Program-made: the position numbers and the translations under genes | NCBI GenBank assembly: GCA_964396165.1 | Contig: CAYNEF010000001.1 | Coordinates: 65,990 to 129,989 of the forward strand | Direction of reading: 5' to 3' | From: an uncultured Pseudobdellovibrionaceae bacterium | GTDB taxonomy: Bacteria > Bdellovibrionota > FAC87 > UBA2466 | Length of the DNA: 64,000 nucleotides | Notes under the pieces: generated by a model | Told to the model about the DNA's origin: nothing | The model's database searches: none | The model's input: the letters and a program-made list of their open reading frames with translations, nothing else | Shown: positions 49,056-60,751 of the stretch, piece by piece | How the letters are laid out: each line of letters begins with the position of its first letter | How positions within the stretch are numbered: the first letter of the stretch is position 1

Positions 49056-50786
49056 CTAGTATCGTTTAAACTTGATGACACGTTGTAAACGGCCTGCGGT
49101 ACCGGTGTACCCACCGAGTAAAGCGCCCTCGATTCCGTAATCCGTTATCTTACCCAGAATGGTTTGATCAGCATCCAACGACAGTAAGATTGTCCCTGTA
49201 TAAAAATCTACGATTCCTGATTGTACAACACCGTACACAGTGCTGCTTCCGCAATAGAGCTCAGCGGTTCCAGTCAATGTGAAAGGAAAATAGGAAGGAA
49301 CATGGTTATTTGAATTACTGATTGCCATCATCGTCAGATTGAAATCCATCGAGAAGCAGCTATTATTTGGCCGTGAAATATTGGCCGTATATTTTCCTTG
49401 CACAGGTTTAGGCAAATGCACACCATTAAAAATGGCCACATCCGGGTTTTCCCCTTTTACAAACTCAACTGTACCCACCTTGCCGTAACTTTTTGAGTAA
49501 AGAATACCTTTTAGTCCCTGCTCTCCCCATTCTGTTATTTTTAAGATCTGATCGCCTGTGCTATCCAAAAGCAATTCTTTGAATTTACCCAGAGCTAATT
49601 GAGTGGGCACAAAAGCTATCGAAATGGAACTATCCGTGTCTGTATCTGTACCATGATCGGTAGAAGGGAAAATTCTTCCCACCATAGAAACCATCTTCTG
49701 CCAGGAACGGTGATCGGAGTTTTCTACAGGAGCTCCTGAAAGCGCAATTTCTAAAGACATAATTTTATAGATATTACGTTCTTCTAAATGCAACACGCCG
49801 TAGTATTCCCCTTCTATATTCGAACGATCCTTTGTAGGAAAAATATGGTTTTCTATCTGTTCAATCCCCTTCAGATGGTGTTCTCGTGATTTTTTACTGC
49901 ACTTGTACTTCACCATGTACTCGTCCAACGAATCGGGTGCGGAAGCAAGGCGTGTGAATTCGCATCTGTTGCCGCATTTAATCGAATCGCCCTTTACGTG
50001 ACAGGATTCTTCCGCAGCAGGAAGTAAAAGAACTGCAGAATAAGGATTGTAACTTGCCCCTAACCACGTGCCGAAGATAGTACTATTCCCCGCAAGAGTG
50101 GAAAAACGTGAGTAGCCCAATGTGCGGGCTCGGATCTGTACCCCTTGCAGTGTATTGATCTTATCCCGACTGGAATCTTCCAATTTACTTGCTTCGAGTT
50201 GCAAGGTGATGTCTTTGCCCTCGCATCTGCCTTTGTACTCACCAGTCAAAGACTTAACCATCGGGATATTAGGAAATATTGCGTTCACTTTTTCAAAGTC
50301 ATCGGGAGTGGGGGTATAAACCAATTCAGCATGACCCCTAATAACACCACCACGGGTGCTTCTGATTTTGCCTGTAATTTTATTTCCATCATCCAGCACC
50401 ATGCCTTGCCAGAATGTAAGATCTGTTCCAAATCCAGAGAGCATTCCATCCAAAACAATCTCTGAAGAATCCCAAAGATAATCTTCTACTACATAGTAAT
50501 GGCTGACGTATTCGTGGGTGGTAAAACCCCCTAACTTTAACTTTAAAAAAGCAATAAGTTGGGACTTGCCGTCCACTGTATCTCTTCTTTCAAACTCGAT
50601 ACACAATCCTACTTTTTCCGTGCGCCCTTCGAAAGTCACAAACCCGATATAGGTACCTATCTTTGGACCAGCGGCGAAAAGGCGAGTGGTCAGAATTAGA
50701 ATGAGAAAAAATGCTTTGAAAATCCGTGTATTTTGCAAGGGAAAGACTCCTAAAAAGTGTGCTTTTTTAGCATTTTTAAGAGCCAA
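49056..50786 (-). CDS. Large secreted hypothetical protein
   Basis: Hydrophobic N-terminus, beta-rich. No motif recognised. Confidence 0.5.
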   Translation of the reverse strand: MALKNAKKAHFLGVFPLQNTRIFKAFFLILILTTRLFAAGPKIGTYIGFVTFEGRTEKVGLCIEFERRDTVDGKSQLIAFLKLKLGGFTTHEYVSHYYVVEDYLWDSSEIVLDGMLSGFGTDLTFWQGMVLDDGNKITGKIRSTRGGVIRGHAELVYTPTPDDFEKVNAIFPNIPMVKSLTGEYKGRCEGKDITLQLEASKLEDSSRDKINTLQGVQIRARTLGYSRFSTLAGNSTIFGTWLGASYNPYSAVLLLPAAEESCHVKGDSIKCGNRCEFTRLASAPDSLDEYMVKYKCSKKSREHHLKGIEQIENHIFPTKDRSNIEGEYYGVLHLEERNIYKIMSLEIALSGAPVENSDHRSWQKMVSMVGRIFPSTDHGTDTDTDSSISIAFVPTQLALGKFKELLLDSTGDQILKITEWGEQGLKGILYSKSYGKVGTVEFVKGENPDVAIFNGVHLPKPVQGKYTANISRPNNSCFSMDFNLTMMAISNSNNHVPSYFPFTLTGTAELYCGSSTVYGVVQSGIVDFYTGTILLSLDADQTILGKITDYGIEGALLGGYTGTAGRLQRVIKFKRY

Positions 50787-50899
50787 TAATCAATACTCTT
50801 CAAGCGTGATGAAAGGTGACATTTATTGTCAAAAAAAAGAGGCGATCCTTTGGATGGATCGCCTCCTCTTCTTAAGTGAAAGGTTTTTAAAGCGCGCAA

Positions 50900-51463
50900 T
50901 TAAGCGTGGCAATAAGCCCAGTTCAATTGCACTGCTGCATGTGGAATCTGGTTCAAGAAAAGTTGAACCATTGGCAAGATGACCAGTAATGCTTGAATGA
51001 CTGGTGCATATTGAGGAGCAATGACAGCAATGATTGGCGCTACTTGATTTAAAATAGCGATAATAGCGCTGATGTCTATCTGGCCTCCTGCTGCTACTCC
51101 ACTAAATTGAGAAGCAAGCGACAGTGCTAGCGTCAATGCGCTGTTCGCATTTCCACCGGATACTGTATTTAGAACTGTAGACAAAGAAGCTAAATTGGAA
51201 GGATCCACTTTGATCTGACCAGAAGCAGCCATGGTGGAAATCAGTTGCATCAACTGAGCATAATCCACTGGTACTTTTGGGACAGAGGGAACTTTTGGTT
51301 TTTTAGAGAACAAACCACTTCTTGAATTGTCACTTTCGGTAGCAGTACCACCGTTTAAGACATCAAGTGCCTGTTGTTCTGACATTTGCGTTTCGACTTT
51401 TTCTTTACCGCAAGCGCTGAGTAATAACAAAGCGATGGCGAGTGTAGATAGGGACTTTTTCAT
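50900..51463 (-). CDS. Lipoprotein, low-complexity Ala/Gln/Leu-rich
   Basis: Lipobox LLSACG. Confidence 0.5.
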   Translation of the reverse strand: MKKSLSTLAIALLLLSACGKEKVETQMSEQQALDVLNGGTATESDNSRSGLFSKKPKVPSVPKVPVDYAQLMQLISTMAASGQIKVDPSNLASLSTVLNTVSGGNANSALTLALSLASQFSGVAAGGQIDISAIIAILNQVAPIIAVIAPQYAPVIQALLVILPMVQLFLNQIPHAAVQLNWAYCHA

Positions 51464-51636
51464 AGGGACCTCCGAGAGAGTTGTTTTTAGTTATTTATTG
51501 GAGGTAACGTGCAGCTATCGAAGAGAGTGGTTTTTAGGATGCGAAAAACCACTGAAATATCTTCTGTAATTCCAGTATTACTCTTGAATTAAGTTAGGAG
51601 TTTCCCGCAAAAATGAAATTAACGGCATACTTGAAA

Positions 51637-52875
51637 TTAACGGGGGCCGCGAAACCATTTCAGTATTTTCGTGTGTTTAGCCTCGGCAATACGTTGTGTT
51701 TTGTAGATACCTTTATGCCCTGAAAAATAAAAGCTTACGTAACACGCAACCAATGCATAAGGCGCAATCTGAAATCCAAAAATTTCCACAGCCATAATAG
51801 AACACGCAAGCGGGGTATTCGCGGCTGCACCAAATACGGCAGCAAAGCCGACTGCAGCAAGCAGACTTGCAGAAACAGGAAGTAAAGTACTAAGAGCACT
51901 TCCTAAAGTAGAACCGATAAATACCAAGGGAATAAATTCTCCTCCCTTAAATCCGGATCCCACAGTAAGAGCTGTGAAAATAAATTTATAAAGCGGAAAC
52001 GAATAGGGAGAAACGTGGTTTAGCGAATCCTGTATTGTAGAAATTCCAAGCCCTGCATAACGGTATGTCCCTTCCCAGTAATACAAGAGCACTAACAAGA
52101 TTCCCGCAACAAAGGGTCTTAAATAAGAAAGAGAAATGTATTTACTTTGCATTTTTTCTATCGTGTGTGTCGTTTTGGAAAATAACATTGCAGTGATTCC
52201 AAAAAGTATTCCTGCGATTGATACCCAAAGGAAAGACTGCAGTTGAAAAGGCCCTATTTCAATATTCGGGTAAACAGAGTGGGGCGCGTGCAACACGACT
52301 GCGGTGTAATAGGCAGTAAAGGAAGCCAGAAAACATTCAACGACTGCAAAGGGTCTTAACTTTCCAATCTGAATCACTTCCATTCCAAATACGACTCCCG
52401 CCCAAGGTGTCCCGATGGCGGCGCCAAATCCAGCGCCTGCTCCTGCCACAAGTAGAATTTTTCTTTCTTCCTTTTCTATTTTAAAAAAGTGCGAAAGCTG
52501 ATCGGAAAGCGATGCCCCCATTTGCACGGCAGTTCCTTCTCGCCCTGCCGATCCGCCAAATAAGTGCGTCACTACGGTCCCCAATAAAACAAGCGGAGCC
52601 ATGACAAAAGGAATGGTATTTTTCGGATCGTGAATCTGTTCGAGGATAAGATTATTCCCTCGAGCCACTTCTTTTCCGAATCGGTGGTACAGCCAACCAA
52701 TCGTAAGTCCAGCAAGCGGCAGAAACCAAATAAGAGATAGGTGTGCTTCTCGCGTTTTAGTCGCTATATCCAACAGAAAAAGAAAAACGGTTGCAGCAAG
52801 GCCAGAGAACAAACCCGACAATAAACTAAGTAAAATCCATTTAAGGGTGGGACGTCGTTTTTTACTGGGCTTCAT
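51637..52875 (-). CDS. CLC-family fluoride/proton antiporter (CLC-F, EriC-F)
   Basis: GNNLI and GREGT motifs replace GSGIP/GREGP. No CBS domains, 412 aa. RBS ggag 8 nt upstream. Confidence 0.75.
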   Translation of the reverse strand: MKPSKKRRPTLKWILLSLLSGLFSGLAATVFLFLLDIATKTREAHLSLIWFLPLAGLTIGWLYHRFGKEVARGNNLILEQIHDPKNTIPFVMAPLVLLGTVVTHLFGGSAGREGTAVQMGASLSDQLSHFFKIEKEERKILLVAGAGAGFGAAIGTPWAGVVFGMEVIQIGKLRPFAVVECFLASFTAYYTAVVLHAPHSVYPNIEIGPFQLQSFLWVSIAGILFGITAMLFSKTTHTIEKMQSKYISLSYLRPFVAGILLVLLYYWEGTYRYAGLGISTIQDSLNHVSPYSFPLYKFIFTALTVGSGFKGGEFIPLVFIGSTLGSALSTLLPVSASLLAAVGFAAVFGAAANTPLACSIMAVEIFGFQIAPYALVACYVSFYFSGHKGIYKTQRIAEAKHTKILKWFRGPR

Positions 52876-53478
52876 ATGCAGGCTCCATTATAACCAATTA
52901 GTGAGTCGCAGACTAAAATTTCTCTGTCTTTTACTTTATCTGCAACTTTACCCAATCTGTTTCGCTGCTGCCAAAAGAACTCCTGTAAATCCTCCGCAAG
53001 TTCTTTTTGAATTGGGAACTTTGCTCGACACTCCAAATTTTTCAATCCTCTGGCACCTGGAATTTGGAGCTTGTCTTGTAAACAATATCCATGGCTGTCT
53101 GGGGATTCATGCCGCTTATAGAACGGAAAATAACGACGCAAATACCTACCCCGTCTTTCCCGTTTTTATCTCTTATGAGCAAAGTTTCGATAAATACTTA
53201 AGAGACTTTTCTGTCAGTACGTTGATAGGACAAAACAGCCGCGGATCAGCGGGCCAAATTGATTCTCTCTTTCTTCTCGGGTGGAGGTGGGTGAATCCAC
53301 TTCTACATACAAATTTAGCTGTCGGTGTCGGGCCCAGATTGATACTGCTCGGTGAATCTAGCGTTTCGGGAGTATTGACGATAAAAATGGGTTATTCACT
53401 ATAATGCATTGCAACACTGCTCTAACCGCTAGAGTGCATCCTTGAATTATCCTGCTATTAGCTTTATAAATCAGATAG

Positions 53479-54549
53479 ATGAAAAATATTCTTATCCTCG
53501 GGGGAAGCGGGTTTGTCGGTTCTCAACTGGCAAAACGTCTCAAATCCCATAATCCCAAAGCCTCTATTCTAGCGATAGATAATTTAAAACGAAGAGGATC
53601 GGAATTAAATCTCGCCGACTTTAAGAAACTCGGCATTGATTTTTCCCATGCCGATATTCGAGTAAGCAGCGACTTATTCGATCTCTCAGGCAATTTTGAT
53701 TTAGTAATCGATTGTTCTGCAGAGCCAAGTGTCCTTGCCGGACTTAACTCGGCACCTAATTATCTTTTGCAGACAAATCTAATGGGTACCCTCAATGTGC
53801 TTGAGTTTGTACGTCAACGAGCTAAAAAACTTTTATTCTTATCCACGTCACGCGTGTATTCGATACAACCACTTACCGAAATAAAGCTGAATGAATCAGA
53901 AAGCCGTTTTGATGCGAATGCGAAACAAGAAATAGCAGGAGTAAATAACCAAGGAATCAGTGAAATCTTTCCGACACATCTTGCCCGTTCGCTTTACGGA
54001 GCAAGCAAACTTTGTTCAGAGCAATTGATTCAAGAGTATAACTACACGTATGGTACAGAAACACTTATCAACCGATGTGGCGTAATTGCAGGCCCGGGAC
54101 AATTTGGAAAAACGGATCAAGGCGTGTTTACTCTTTGGGTAGCGAAACATTTCTTTAAAGGGCAACTTACCTATACGGGTTTTGGCGGTCAGGGAAAACA
54201 AGTCCGTGATTTGTTACACCCAGAAGATCTCTTTGACCTTGTTGTAAAACAAATCAACGATTCAAAACCCTGGAAAGCCGAAACGTACAATGTCGGTGGT
54301 GGACTTGCTTGCAGTACTTCCTTAAAAGAGCTGACACAACTTGCGATTGAAAGTACGGGAAATAAAATTTCTATTGAATCAAAACCTACGACAACCAGTG
54401 TGGATATCCCCTGGTATGTAACGGACAGTACTAAAGCGAGTAAGTATTACCAATGGAGTCCCAAACACACAGCTAAATCAATTGTCGGAGATATCACCAA
54501 CTGGATTCGCGAGAACCAACGCTCTCTCGAACCGCTTTTCATGAATTAG
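53479..54549 (+). CDS. NAD-dependent epimerase/dehydratase (SDR, CDP-paratose 2-epimerase-like)
   Basis: GGSGFVGS Rossmann motif, YxxxK (YGASK). Confidence 0.8.
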   Translation: MKNILILGGSGFVGSQLAKRLKSHNPKASILAIDNLKRRGSELNLADFKKLGIDFSHADIRVSSDLFDLSGNFDLVIDCSAEPSVLAGLNSAPNYLLQTNLMGTLNVLEFVRQRAKKLLFLSTSRVYSIQPLTEIKLNESESRFDANAKQEIAGVNNQGISEIFPTHLARSLYGASKLCSEQLIQEYNYTYGTETLINRCGVIAGPGQFGKTDQGVFTLWVAKHFFKGQLTYTGFGGQGKQVRDLLHPEDLFDLVVKQINDSKPWKAETYNVGGGLACSTSLKELTQLAIESTGNKISIESKPTTTSVDIPWYVTDSTKASKYYQWSPKHTAKSIVGDITNWIRENQRSLEPLFMN

Positions 54550-54556
54550 GATTAAT

Positions 54557-55624
54557 ATGAGTATTGCGCTAGTAACAGGATCTTCGGGTTTAATTGGAAG
54601 TGAAACCTGTAAGTTTTTTCACGAAAAAGGAATGAAAATAGTCGGGATCGACAATGATCTTCGCAAATATTTTTTTGGTGCTGACGCTTCCACTAACTGG
54701 AACACATCACAACTACAAAAATCTTTAAAAAACTTCACACACCATGCTATCGATATCCGGGATCAAGAAGGTATTTTCAAACTTTTTAAAGAATATAAAA
54801 GCGAAATTAAGGCAGTCATCCATACTGCTGCACAACCCAGCCACGACTGGGCTGCCAAAGAGCCTTTTACCGACTTTACTGTTAACGCTAACGGCACGCT
54901 CGTGATGCTGGAAGCAACCAGACAATTTTGCCCGGATGCCGCATTTATTTTTACTTCTACCAATAAGGTTTATGGTGACACACCTAATTTTCTTCCTCTA
55001 GTCGAGAAAGATAGACGCTGGGAACTGGACGCCTCACACAGGTACTCTGAATTTGGAATTGATGAATCGATGAGTATTGATTCTTCCAAACACAGTATAT
55101 TCGGCGCGAGTAAAGTGGCGGCGGATGTCATGGTACAGGAATACGGACACTATTTTGGAATGCACACTTCTGTTTTTAGAGGCGGGTGTTTGACAGGCCC
55201 TGCGCATTCAGGCGCCGAATTGCACGGCTTTTTGGCTTATCTGGTAAAATGCGCAATCACTGGAAAGCAATATAATATTTTCGGTTATAAGGGAAAACAG
55301 GTTCGCGACAATATCCACTCCTATGACTTGGTAAACGCGTTTTGGCATTTCTTTGAAAAACCAAAAAGTGCATCCGTATACAATATGGGTGGATCTCGCC
55401 ACAGTAATTGCTCGGTTTTAGAAGCAATTGATCTTCTGGAAACCATGACCAATAAAAAGTTCAATTACACCGTAACGGATACAGCGCGCTCAGGGGATCA
55501 TATCTGGTGGATAAGTGATGTCAGACGTTTTCAAAAAGACTATCCGGGCTGGAAATACAAATACGATTTAAAAACTATCTTAAGCGAAATTGTAGCTGCC
55601 ACAATAGAGCGCTCAAAAAACTAA
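54557..55624 (+). CDS. NAD-dependent epimerase/dehydratase (CDP-paratose/tyvelose 2-epimerase-like), tandem paralog
   Basis: [29 protein letters not shown]. Confidence 0.8.
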   Translation: MSIALVTGSSGLIGSETCKFFHEKGMKIVGIDNDLRKYFFGADASTNWNTSQLQKSLKNFTHHAIDIRDQEGIFKLFKEYKSEIKAVIHTAAQPSHDWAAKEPFTDFTVNANGTLVMLEATRQFCPDAAFIFTSTNKVYGDTPNFLPLVEKDRRWELDASHRYSEFGIDESMSIDSSKHSIFGASKVAADVMVQEYGHYFGMHTSVFRGGCLTGPAHSGAELHGFLAYLVKCAITGKQYNIFGYKGKQVRDNIHSYDLVNAFWHFFEKPKSASVYNMGGSRHSNCSVLEAIDLLETMTNKKFNYTVTDTARSGDHIWWISDVRRFQKDYPGWKYKYDLKTILSEIVAATIERSKN

Positions 55625-55627
55625 TAC

Positions 55628-56428
55628 ATGAAAAAACTTGCCGTTGTTTTTCTATTCTTCAGCTCCATTGCTCTACCTGCAGCTGTTGACTATTTCTCAG
55701 ACGCTCCCAGAGCTTTCAAATCACTTCTTGCAGATCCGAGAGAAGCGCAATTTCGGGTTGGCTATTTAAAAACGGGTGAAAAAAACTCCTACCTGGATAT
55801 GGTAATGGGGGGGCAGTTAAACATAGTGAACATCATTCTTGAAAACGGACATATTTTAAATATCGGATTAAAAGGGCTCATTTCTTCCCGTTTTCAGTTT
55901 GCCTCCAAATCATTTGATCTTCAAAACTCGGATTACATCGGTGGGCTAACAGTTGTCTTTGGCAGAAACACTACATTTTTGGAACTTTTCCATTCACACC
56001 AGAGCTCTCACTTTGGAGACGATCTTGTAGCAAGTAATCCCGCTATTTTTAAAAATTATAGTTATGAATCTGTCAGACTTCTCTTCTCAAAAGAATTCGT
56101 ATTTCCGTTGCGTGTATATGGTGGTCCTAAACTTATTTATCGCGCGGATCCGGAAGAGTTACTAATGAAATCGCACATTATCTTGGGCGCCACTTATTTT
56201 CCCGAACTCATAAATGATCTGTATTTCGCTCTCAACTTTGAATCTAAACAGGAAAATGACTGGACTGTAGACTCAGCATTTACGGTTGGATATATGTTAG
56301 GAGAAGGTGCAAAAGTGCAACGCAGACAAAGATTATTTTTAGAGATTTACAATGGTTACTCACCCATGGGGCAATTGTCTAAGATAAGAGAATTTTCTGT
56401 GCTAGCGGGTTTCGCGTTCACTCTTTAA
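55628..56428 (+). CDS. Secreted beta-rich hypothetical protein
   Basis: Signal peptide. C-terminal ...LAGFAFTL. Confidence 0.45.
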   Translation: MKKLAVVFLFFSSIALPAAVDYFSDAPRAFKSLLADPREAQFRVGYLKTGEKNSYLDMVMGGQLNIVNIILENGHILNIGLKGLISSRFQFASKSFDLQNSDYIGGLTVVFGRNTTFLELFHSHQSSHFGDDLVASNPAIFKNYSYESVRLLFSKEFVFPLRVYGGPKLIYRADPEELLMKSHIILGATYFPELINDLYFALNFESKQENDWTVDSAFTVGYMLGEGAKVQRRQRLFLEIYNGYSPMGQLSKIREFSVLAGFAFTL

Positions 56429-57172
56429 ATATATCCACTCGGGGTTTTGCTCTCTAAAATTTGTTAGAAGATCGGCGATACCACCTTCTGCTTTTTCCAT
56501 TCCTATCTGTGTACCTTCAATTTCATTTTCAATCAGAACAGAAGTGACGCTCTCTGATAGCGATTCAAGCAGAATTTTTCCCTTCCAATAGCCTATGTGC
56601 TTTGTACCCTTGATTTTTTGGTATTGGATTTCCACCTTCTTCGTTTCGAAAGATTTCCCTTCAAACAAATGCATAAAGGCTATTACCCAGCGTTGCTTGA
56701 ACATAGATGGGCCTGCCGAATAATTTGCTTCAAAAAAAAACGGGGTTGAGGGATCCTGCACTTTGCTTAAACCATCCATATTGGCATCACGCCACTTCAC
56801 ACCTAATGCGCTATGCGAAACGGCCCAGGTTTCAGTCATTGGCCGATATACGCAACCGCCCCCTTTTGCAAAGTACCGCTCTTCTGTTGCATGCTTATCG
56901 ATAATCATCGGCTCAATACTTACCCACGTTTTTTGTGTAGCATCATATTTACAGACGGTAGTGGATAACTCCGTTTTCTTGTTTGGATCTATTTGGGTAC
57001 TGGGGCTAGATTCTGGTTCTTTGATAAATGGTGTGTCATCTCCGTCTTGAGAACCGCAGCCACTTAAGAAAAATACAATAAGAAGATAAAGTATGGGCAC
57101 AGGCGCTATGTTAGCATCTCGCGCGCCTTTAGTGCAACCTCGCGAGCGGTGTCTACTTTGTCTGCGAGGCAA
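56402..57172 (-). CDS. Lipoprotein, hypothetical
   Basis: FFLSGCGSQ lipobox after a long n-region. The true start may be internal. Confidence 0.45.
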   Translation of the reverse strand: MPRRQSRHRSRGCTKGARDANIAPVPILYLLIVFFLSGCGSQDGDDTPFIKEPESSPSTQIDPNKKTELSTTVCKYDATQKTWVSIEPMIIDKHATEERYFAKGGGCVYRPMTETWAVSHSALGVKWRDANMDGLSKVQDPSTPFFFEANYSAGPSMFKQRWVIAFMHLFEGKSFETKKVEIQYQKIKGTKHIGYWKGKILLESLSESVTSVLIENEIEGTQIGMEKAEGGIADLLTNFREQNPEWIYLKSERETR

Positions 57173-58251
57173 GTAATGTGTCCCATTTTTCTACCAGGTC
57201 TTGCCTGCTCTTTTCCATACAGGTGCAAATAAACATCAGGAAGGTCGAGTACTTTTTTCCAGTTTGGCTCACCCTTTGCCCAAACATCGCCGAGTAAATT
57301 TACCATCGCTGCCGGCCTGTGCATTTTAGTAGAGCCTAAGGGAAGTCCTGTTACTGCTCTTAGTTGCTGTTCGAACTGAGAAGTTACGGATGCTTCAATC
57401 GTCAGATGCCCGGAGTTGTGTGGACGTGGTGCAAGTTCATTCACAATCAATTTTTGATCTTTTGTAACAAAAAATTCGATGCAGAAGGTTCCGACTACTC
57501 CCAGTTTTTCCGTGATTTTCTTTCCCAGAAGAACAGCTTGATCCGCTACGCTCTCAGTCACTTTCGCAGGACAAATCGTCAGGTCCAGTACATGGTTTTT
57601 ATGCACATTTTCAAACAGATTCCAATGCACAAAATTTCCAGACTTGGATCTGGCACAGACAAGGGAAATCTCTTTGTCGAACTGGACAAAAGATTCTAAC
57701 ACTGAAGCCGTCACGGTGTTCGTGCTTAAGAAAAATTGCAATTCCACTTCATTTTGAAACTTTGTCTGCCCTTTTCCGTCATACCCAAAACCAGCCGTTT
57801 TTAAAATACACGGAAAACCCAACTGTTTTGCAGAGTTCATGAGCGAATCATTGCTGGACACTTCTCGAAAAGGAGCGAGAGGGAAATTATTATCGAGCAA
57901 AAACTTTTTTTCTCTCAAACGGTGTTGCGTTGTTTGCAGCACCTGAGTGCTGGGGTATACGGGCACTAACTCTTCCAGGCGACTTGTTGTTAGGGCTGGG
58001 ATATTTTCGAACTCAAGTGTTACGACTTTTACCTGAGATGCAAACTTGGCAAGGCTGTCCATATCCTCATACTCTGCCTGTATGTGTTCTGCTACTTGAG
58101 ATAGAGGAGGATCTTTTTCCGGCGAATAACCGATTACTTTGTACCCAAGTCGTGCGGCGCTCATTGCCAGCATTCGCCCCAACTGTCCACCGCCAAGCAC
58201 TCCAATTGTTTCACCGGGTAAAACAATTTTGTTTTTGGAAGCGTCGATCAT
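57106..58251 (-). CDS. purK: N5-carboxyaminoimidazole ribonucleotide synthase (ATP-grasp)
   Basis: [13 protein letters not shown]-grasp layout. 4-bp overlap with purE. Confidence 0.9.
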   Translation of the reverse strand: MIDASKNKIVLPGETIGVLGGGQLGRMLAMSAARLGYKVIGYSPEKDPPLSQVAEHIQAEYEDMDSLAKFASQVKVVTLEFENIPALTTSRLEELVPVYPSTQVLQTTQHRLREKKFLLDNNFPLAPFREVSSNDSLMNSAKQLGFPCILKTAGFGYDGKGQTKFQNEVELQFFLSTNTVTASVLESFVQFDKEISLVCARSKSGNFVHWNLFENVHKNHVLDLTICPAKVTESVADQAVLLGKKITEKLGVVGTFCIEFFVTKDQKLIVNELAPRPHNSGHLTIEASVTSQFEQQLRAVTGLPLGSTKMHRPAAMVNLLGDVWAKGEPNWKKVLDLPDVYLHLYGKEQARPGRKMGHITCLADKVDTAREVALKAREMLT

Positions 58252-58742
58252 TTTAATTTTTCTTTAAGTACTTTGGAAGTTTGCTTGTTTCTAAATTGTT
58301 TAATTTTTTGATTTAATTTTGAATCCTGCAAAGAAAGAATCTGAATAGCGAGAAGGGCCGCATTTTTTGCACCGGCTTTTCCAATCGCAAGGGAGCCTAC
58401 TGGAATGCCTGCAGGCATTTGTACAATGGAAAGCAGGGAATCTAAACCATGCAAAGTTTTGCTTTCTACCGGAACTCCGAGTACTGGAAGCGTCGTTTCT
58501 GCCGCAATCATCCCTGGCAAATGGGCAGATCCACCGGCACCGGCAATAATTACTTGTATCCCGCGCGACTCTGCCGTTTCTGCAAATTCTCTTAAAAGTT
58601 TTGGAGTTCTGTGGGCTGAAACAATTCCACACTCATGGGGAACGCCGAATTCCTTCAAAATTGCAGCCGTTTCCTTCATGGTTTCCCAATCCGACTTGCT
58701 TCCCATGACAATCGCCACCAAAACTTTTGAATTCTTTTTCAC
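58248..58742 (-). CDS. purE: N5-CAIR mutase
   Basis: [20 protein letters not shown]. Confidence 0.9.
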   Translation of the reverse strand: MKKNSKVLVAIVMGSKSDWETMKETAAILKEFGVPHECGIVSAHRTPKLLREFAETAESRGIQVIIAGAGGSAHLPGMIAAETTLPVLGVPVESKTLHGLDSLLSIVQMPAGIPVGSLAIGKAGAKNAALLAIQILSLQDSKLNQKIKQFRNKQTSKVLKEKLK

Positions 58743-58894
58743 GCCCCAGTTCTACACCAAATCCCCCCCATAAGTCCACCCACAGACCCAAAACCAAAAG
58801 CCCACATATTTTCAAATGAATCAGGAGTACAAACGAGCAGAGTCACAATCATCTGGTGTTTTAATTGGGAAGAAATTTAGAGCAATGGCAGGGA

Positions 58895-58976
58895 GTAAAG
58901 GGAAGTGCCTAGGGGGAGAGGGAACGCGACTTCGGGGTTGGAGCGCTTCCCTCTCCCCCTAGGCACTTCCCTTTAC
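58895..58976. repeat. 30-bp perfect inverted repeat (GTAAAGGGAAGTGCCTAGGGGGAGAGGGAA ... 22-nt loop ... reverse complement)
   Basis: Seen directly. Lies between purE and the ABC transporter gene. Confidence 0.65.
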
Positions 58977-59006
58977 GGACTACTAAAAGCAACCAACATA
59001 CTTAAC

Positions 59007-59819
59007 TCAAGCAGCAACAACTTTAATCACATTCTTATACTCAGAAATAATTTCACGCGGCTTCCCAACATTCACAATTTCCCCATCCGCCATATAAATA
59101 CATTTATGACAAATTCTCTCAATTGCATCCATATCATGGCTGACAAAAAGAATCGTGCGTCCGTTACCAGCAATTTTCTCTGTCTTCTCAAGACACTTCT
59201 TCTGAAAAGCATTATCCCCGACAGCAAGCACTTCATCGATCATCAAAACTTGCTGGTTTAAATGGGCAGCAACCGCGAAAGCAAGTCGCACGTACATCCC
59301 AGAGGAATATCTTTTTACCGGAGTATCAATAAACTGCCCGATTTCGGAAAAATCGACGATCTGATCAAATTGCCTGTCAATTTCCCTTTTTCGCATCCCT
59401 AAAATCGCGCCATTCAAATAAATATTTTCTCTCCCCGATAATTCCCCATGAAATCCTGTGCCCACTTCAAGTAACGAAGATACGCGGCCGCGAATGATGG
59501 CATGTCCACTGGAAGGCTCGGTAATGCGAGATAAGATTTTAAGCAAAGTAGATTTTCCGCAACCGTTGTTCCCTACAATCCCGATGATTTCACCTGCATC
59601 CACATTAAAGGAAACATCTTTCAATGCCCACATGGAATTAGGATAAGGCCCTTGTCTGCCGCCATGAGAATTAGGAGGCGCAAGCTGAGAAGACCTATCA
59701 CGGAATTTGAGCCACGCTCTGTCAATCGTTTCTCTTAGCGTATGCGAACCAATAATGCCAAGATTGTACAACTTTGAAAGATGGTGCACTTCGATAATAT
59801 GTTTTTTAGTTTGTGTCAT
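59007..59819 (-). CDS. ABC transporter ATP-binding protein (polysaccharide/O-antigen export type, Wzt/TagH-like)
   Basis: Walker A GNNGCGKST, signature SGMYVRLAFA, Walker B LMIDE. Confidence 0.85.
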   Translation of the reverse strand: MTQTKKHIIEVHHLSKLYNLGIIGSHTLRETIDRAWLKFRDRSSQLAPPNSHGGRQGPYPNSMWALKDVSFNVDAGEIIGIVGNNGCGKSTLLKILSRITEPSSGHAIIRGRVSSLLEVGTGFHGELSGRENIYLNGAILGMRKREIDRQFDQIVDFSEIGQFIDTPVKRYSSGMYVRLAFAVAAHLNQQVLMIDEVLAVGDNAFQKKCLEKTEKIAGNGRTILFVSHDMDAIERICHKCIYMADGEIVNVGKPREIISEYKNVIKVVAA

Positions 59820-59820
59820 T

Positions 59821-60711
59821 TTATACTGTGTCGATGAAAGATTTTTCTGTTTTGGAAAATGCGGATAATCCTAAAATGAGTAAAGTGACAGAAATCAAAA
59901 TGGCGCTATAAAAACAACGGTCAGAGAAATAACCATAGCCTAAGAATGCATAGCGCACTCCTTCTACTACGGTTGCCATTGGATTTAAAAACACAAGGAA
60001 TCTCCACTTAACCGGGAACTGGGAAACCGGGAAAATAATGGGGGTCGCGTACATCCAGAGCTGGATGATAAAGCCAGTCATGTGTACCAAGTCTCTATAT
60101 TTAGCAGTAGCGGCTGCCATAAGCAGACCTGCGCCCAAGCTCAAACAGATAGAGATTAAAAATAAAATGGGCACCATAAAGACGAAGTTTGTGAAATGTA
60201 AGTGTGCGCCACTTACCGTGAAAAACTTGTAATAGAAATACACTAAGATGAACATTCCAAATTGAATGAAGAACATCATGAGTTTAGAAGCAATCGCAGC
60301 TAGAGGAGCTGTAAGTCTTGGGAAATAGACTTTACTCATTAGATGCGCGTTGAGTACTAATGAATTGGCAGCACCTTCAAAAGAGTGCCCGAAGTATCCC
60401 CACGTTGCGAGGCCGCAGAGATAAAATAAAATAGGTGGCACACCATCTGTAGGCAATTGAGCGATATTGCTAAATACGAGATTAAAAATTCCAGAGAGAA
60501 GAAGCGGTTGTAGCACATACCACAACGGACCTAATATAGTTTGTCTGTATTTGGAAATGAACTCTCTTTGCACAAATAGAAAAAGCAGATCTCTGTACTG
60601 CCAAACCTCGAAGAGGTTTGGAAACGTGATTCCTCGCTTGGGAGCGATACGAATCTCGTACTCTGCTGATTTTCTTTTAAATCGTTTAAGCATGGTTATA
60701 AGAGTTCTCAT
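59821..60711 (-). CDS. ABC-2 type transporter permease (Wzm-like)
   Basis: 6 TM. 1-bp gap to the ATPase gene. Confidence 0.8.
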   Translation of the reverse strand: MRTLITMLKRFKRKSAEYEIRIAPKRGITFPNLFEVWQYRDLLFLFVQREFISKYRQTILGPLWYVLQPLLLSGIFNLVFSNIAQLPTDGVPPILFYLCGLATWGYFGHSFEGAANSLVLNAHLMSKVYFPRLTAPLAAIASKLMMFFIQFGMFILVYFYYKFFTVSGAHLHFTNFVFMVPILFLISICLSLGAGLLMAAATAKYRDLVHMTGFIIQLWMYATPIIFPVSQFPVKWRFLVFLNPMATVVEGVRYAFLGYGYFSDRCFYSAILISVTLLILGLSAFSKTEKSFIDTV

Positions 60712-60751
60712 TTAATTTATCGGCACAATTATCAAGATTTCTTAACAATCT

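Noticed and set aside
52876-53000. Fluoride (crcB) riboswitch upstream of CLC-F
   Set aside because: I looked for GGnGAUGG...AAACnGCC...CUAAUGAnUCCUAC on the minus strand and could not align it by eye. It needs cmsearch, so it is not called as a feature.
52847-53404. 185-aa plus-strand ORF upstream of the CLC-F gene
   Set aside because: Its low-complexity Leu/Cys-rich translation overlaps the CLC start and has no RBS. I treat the region as non-coding.
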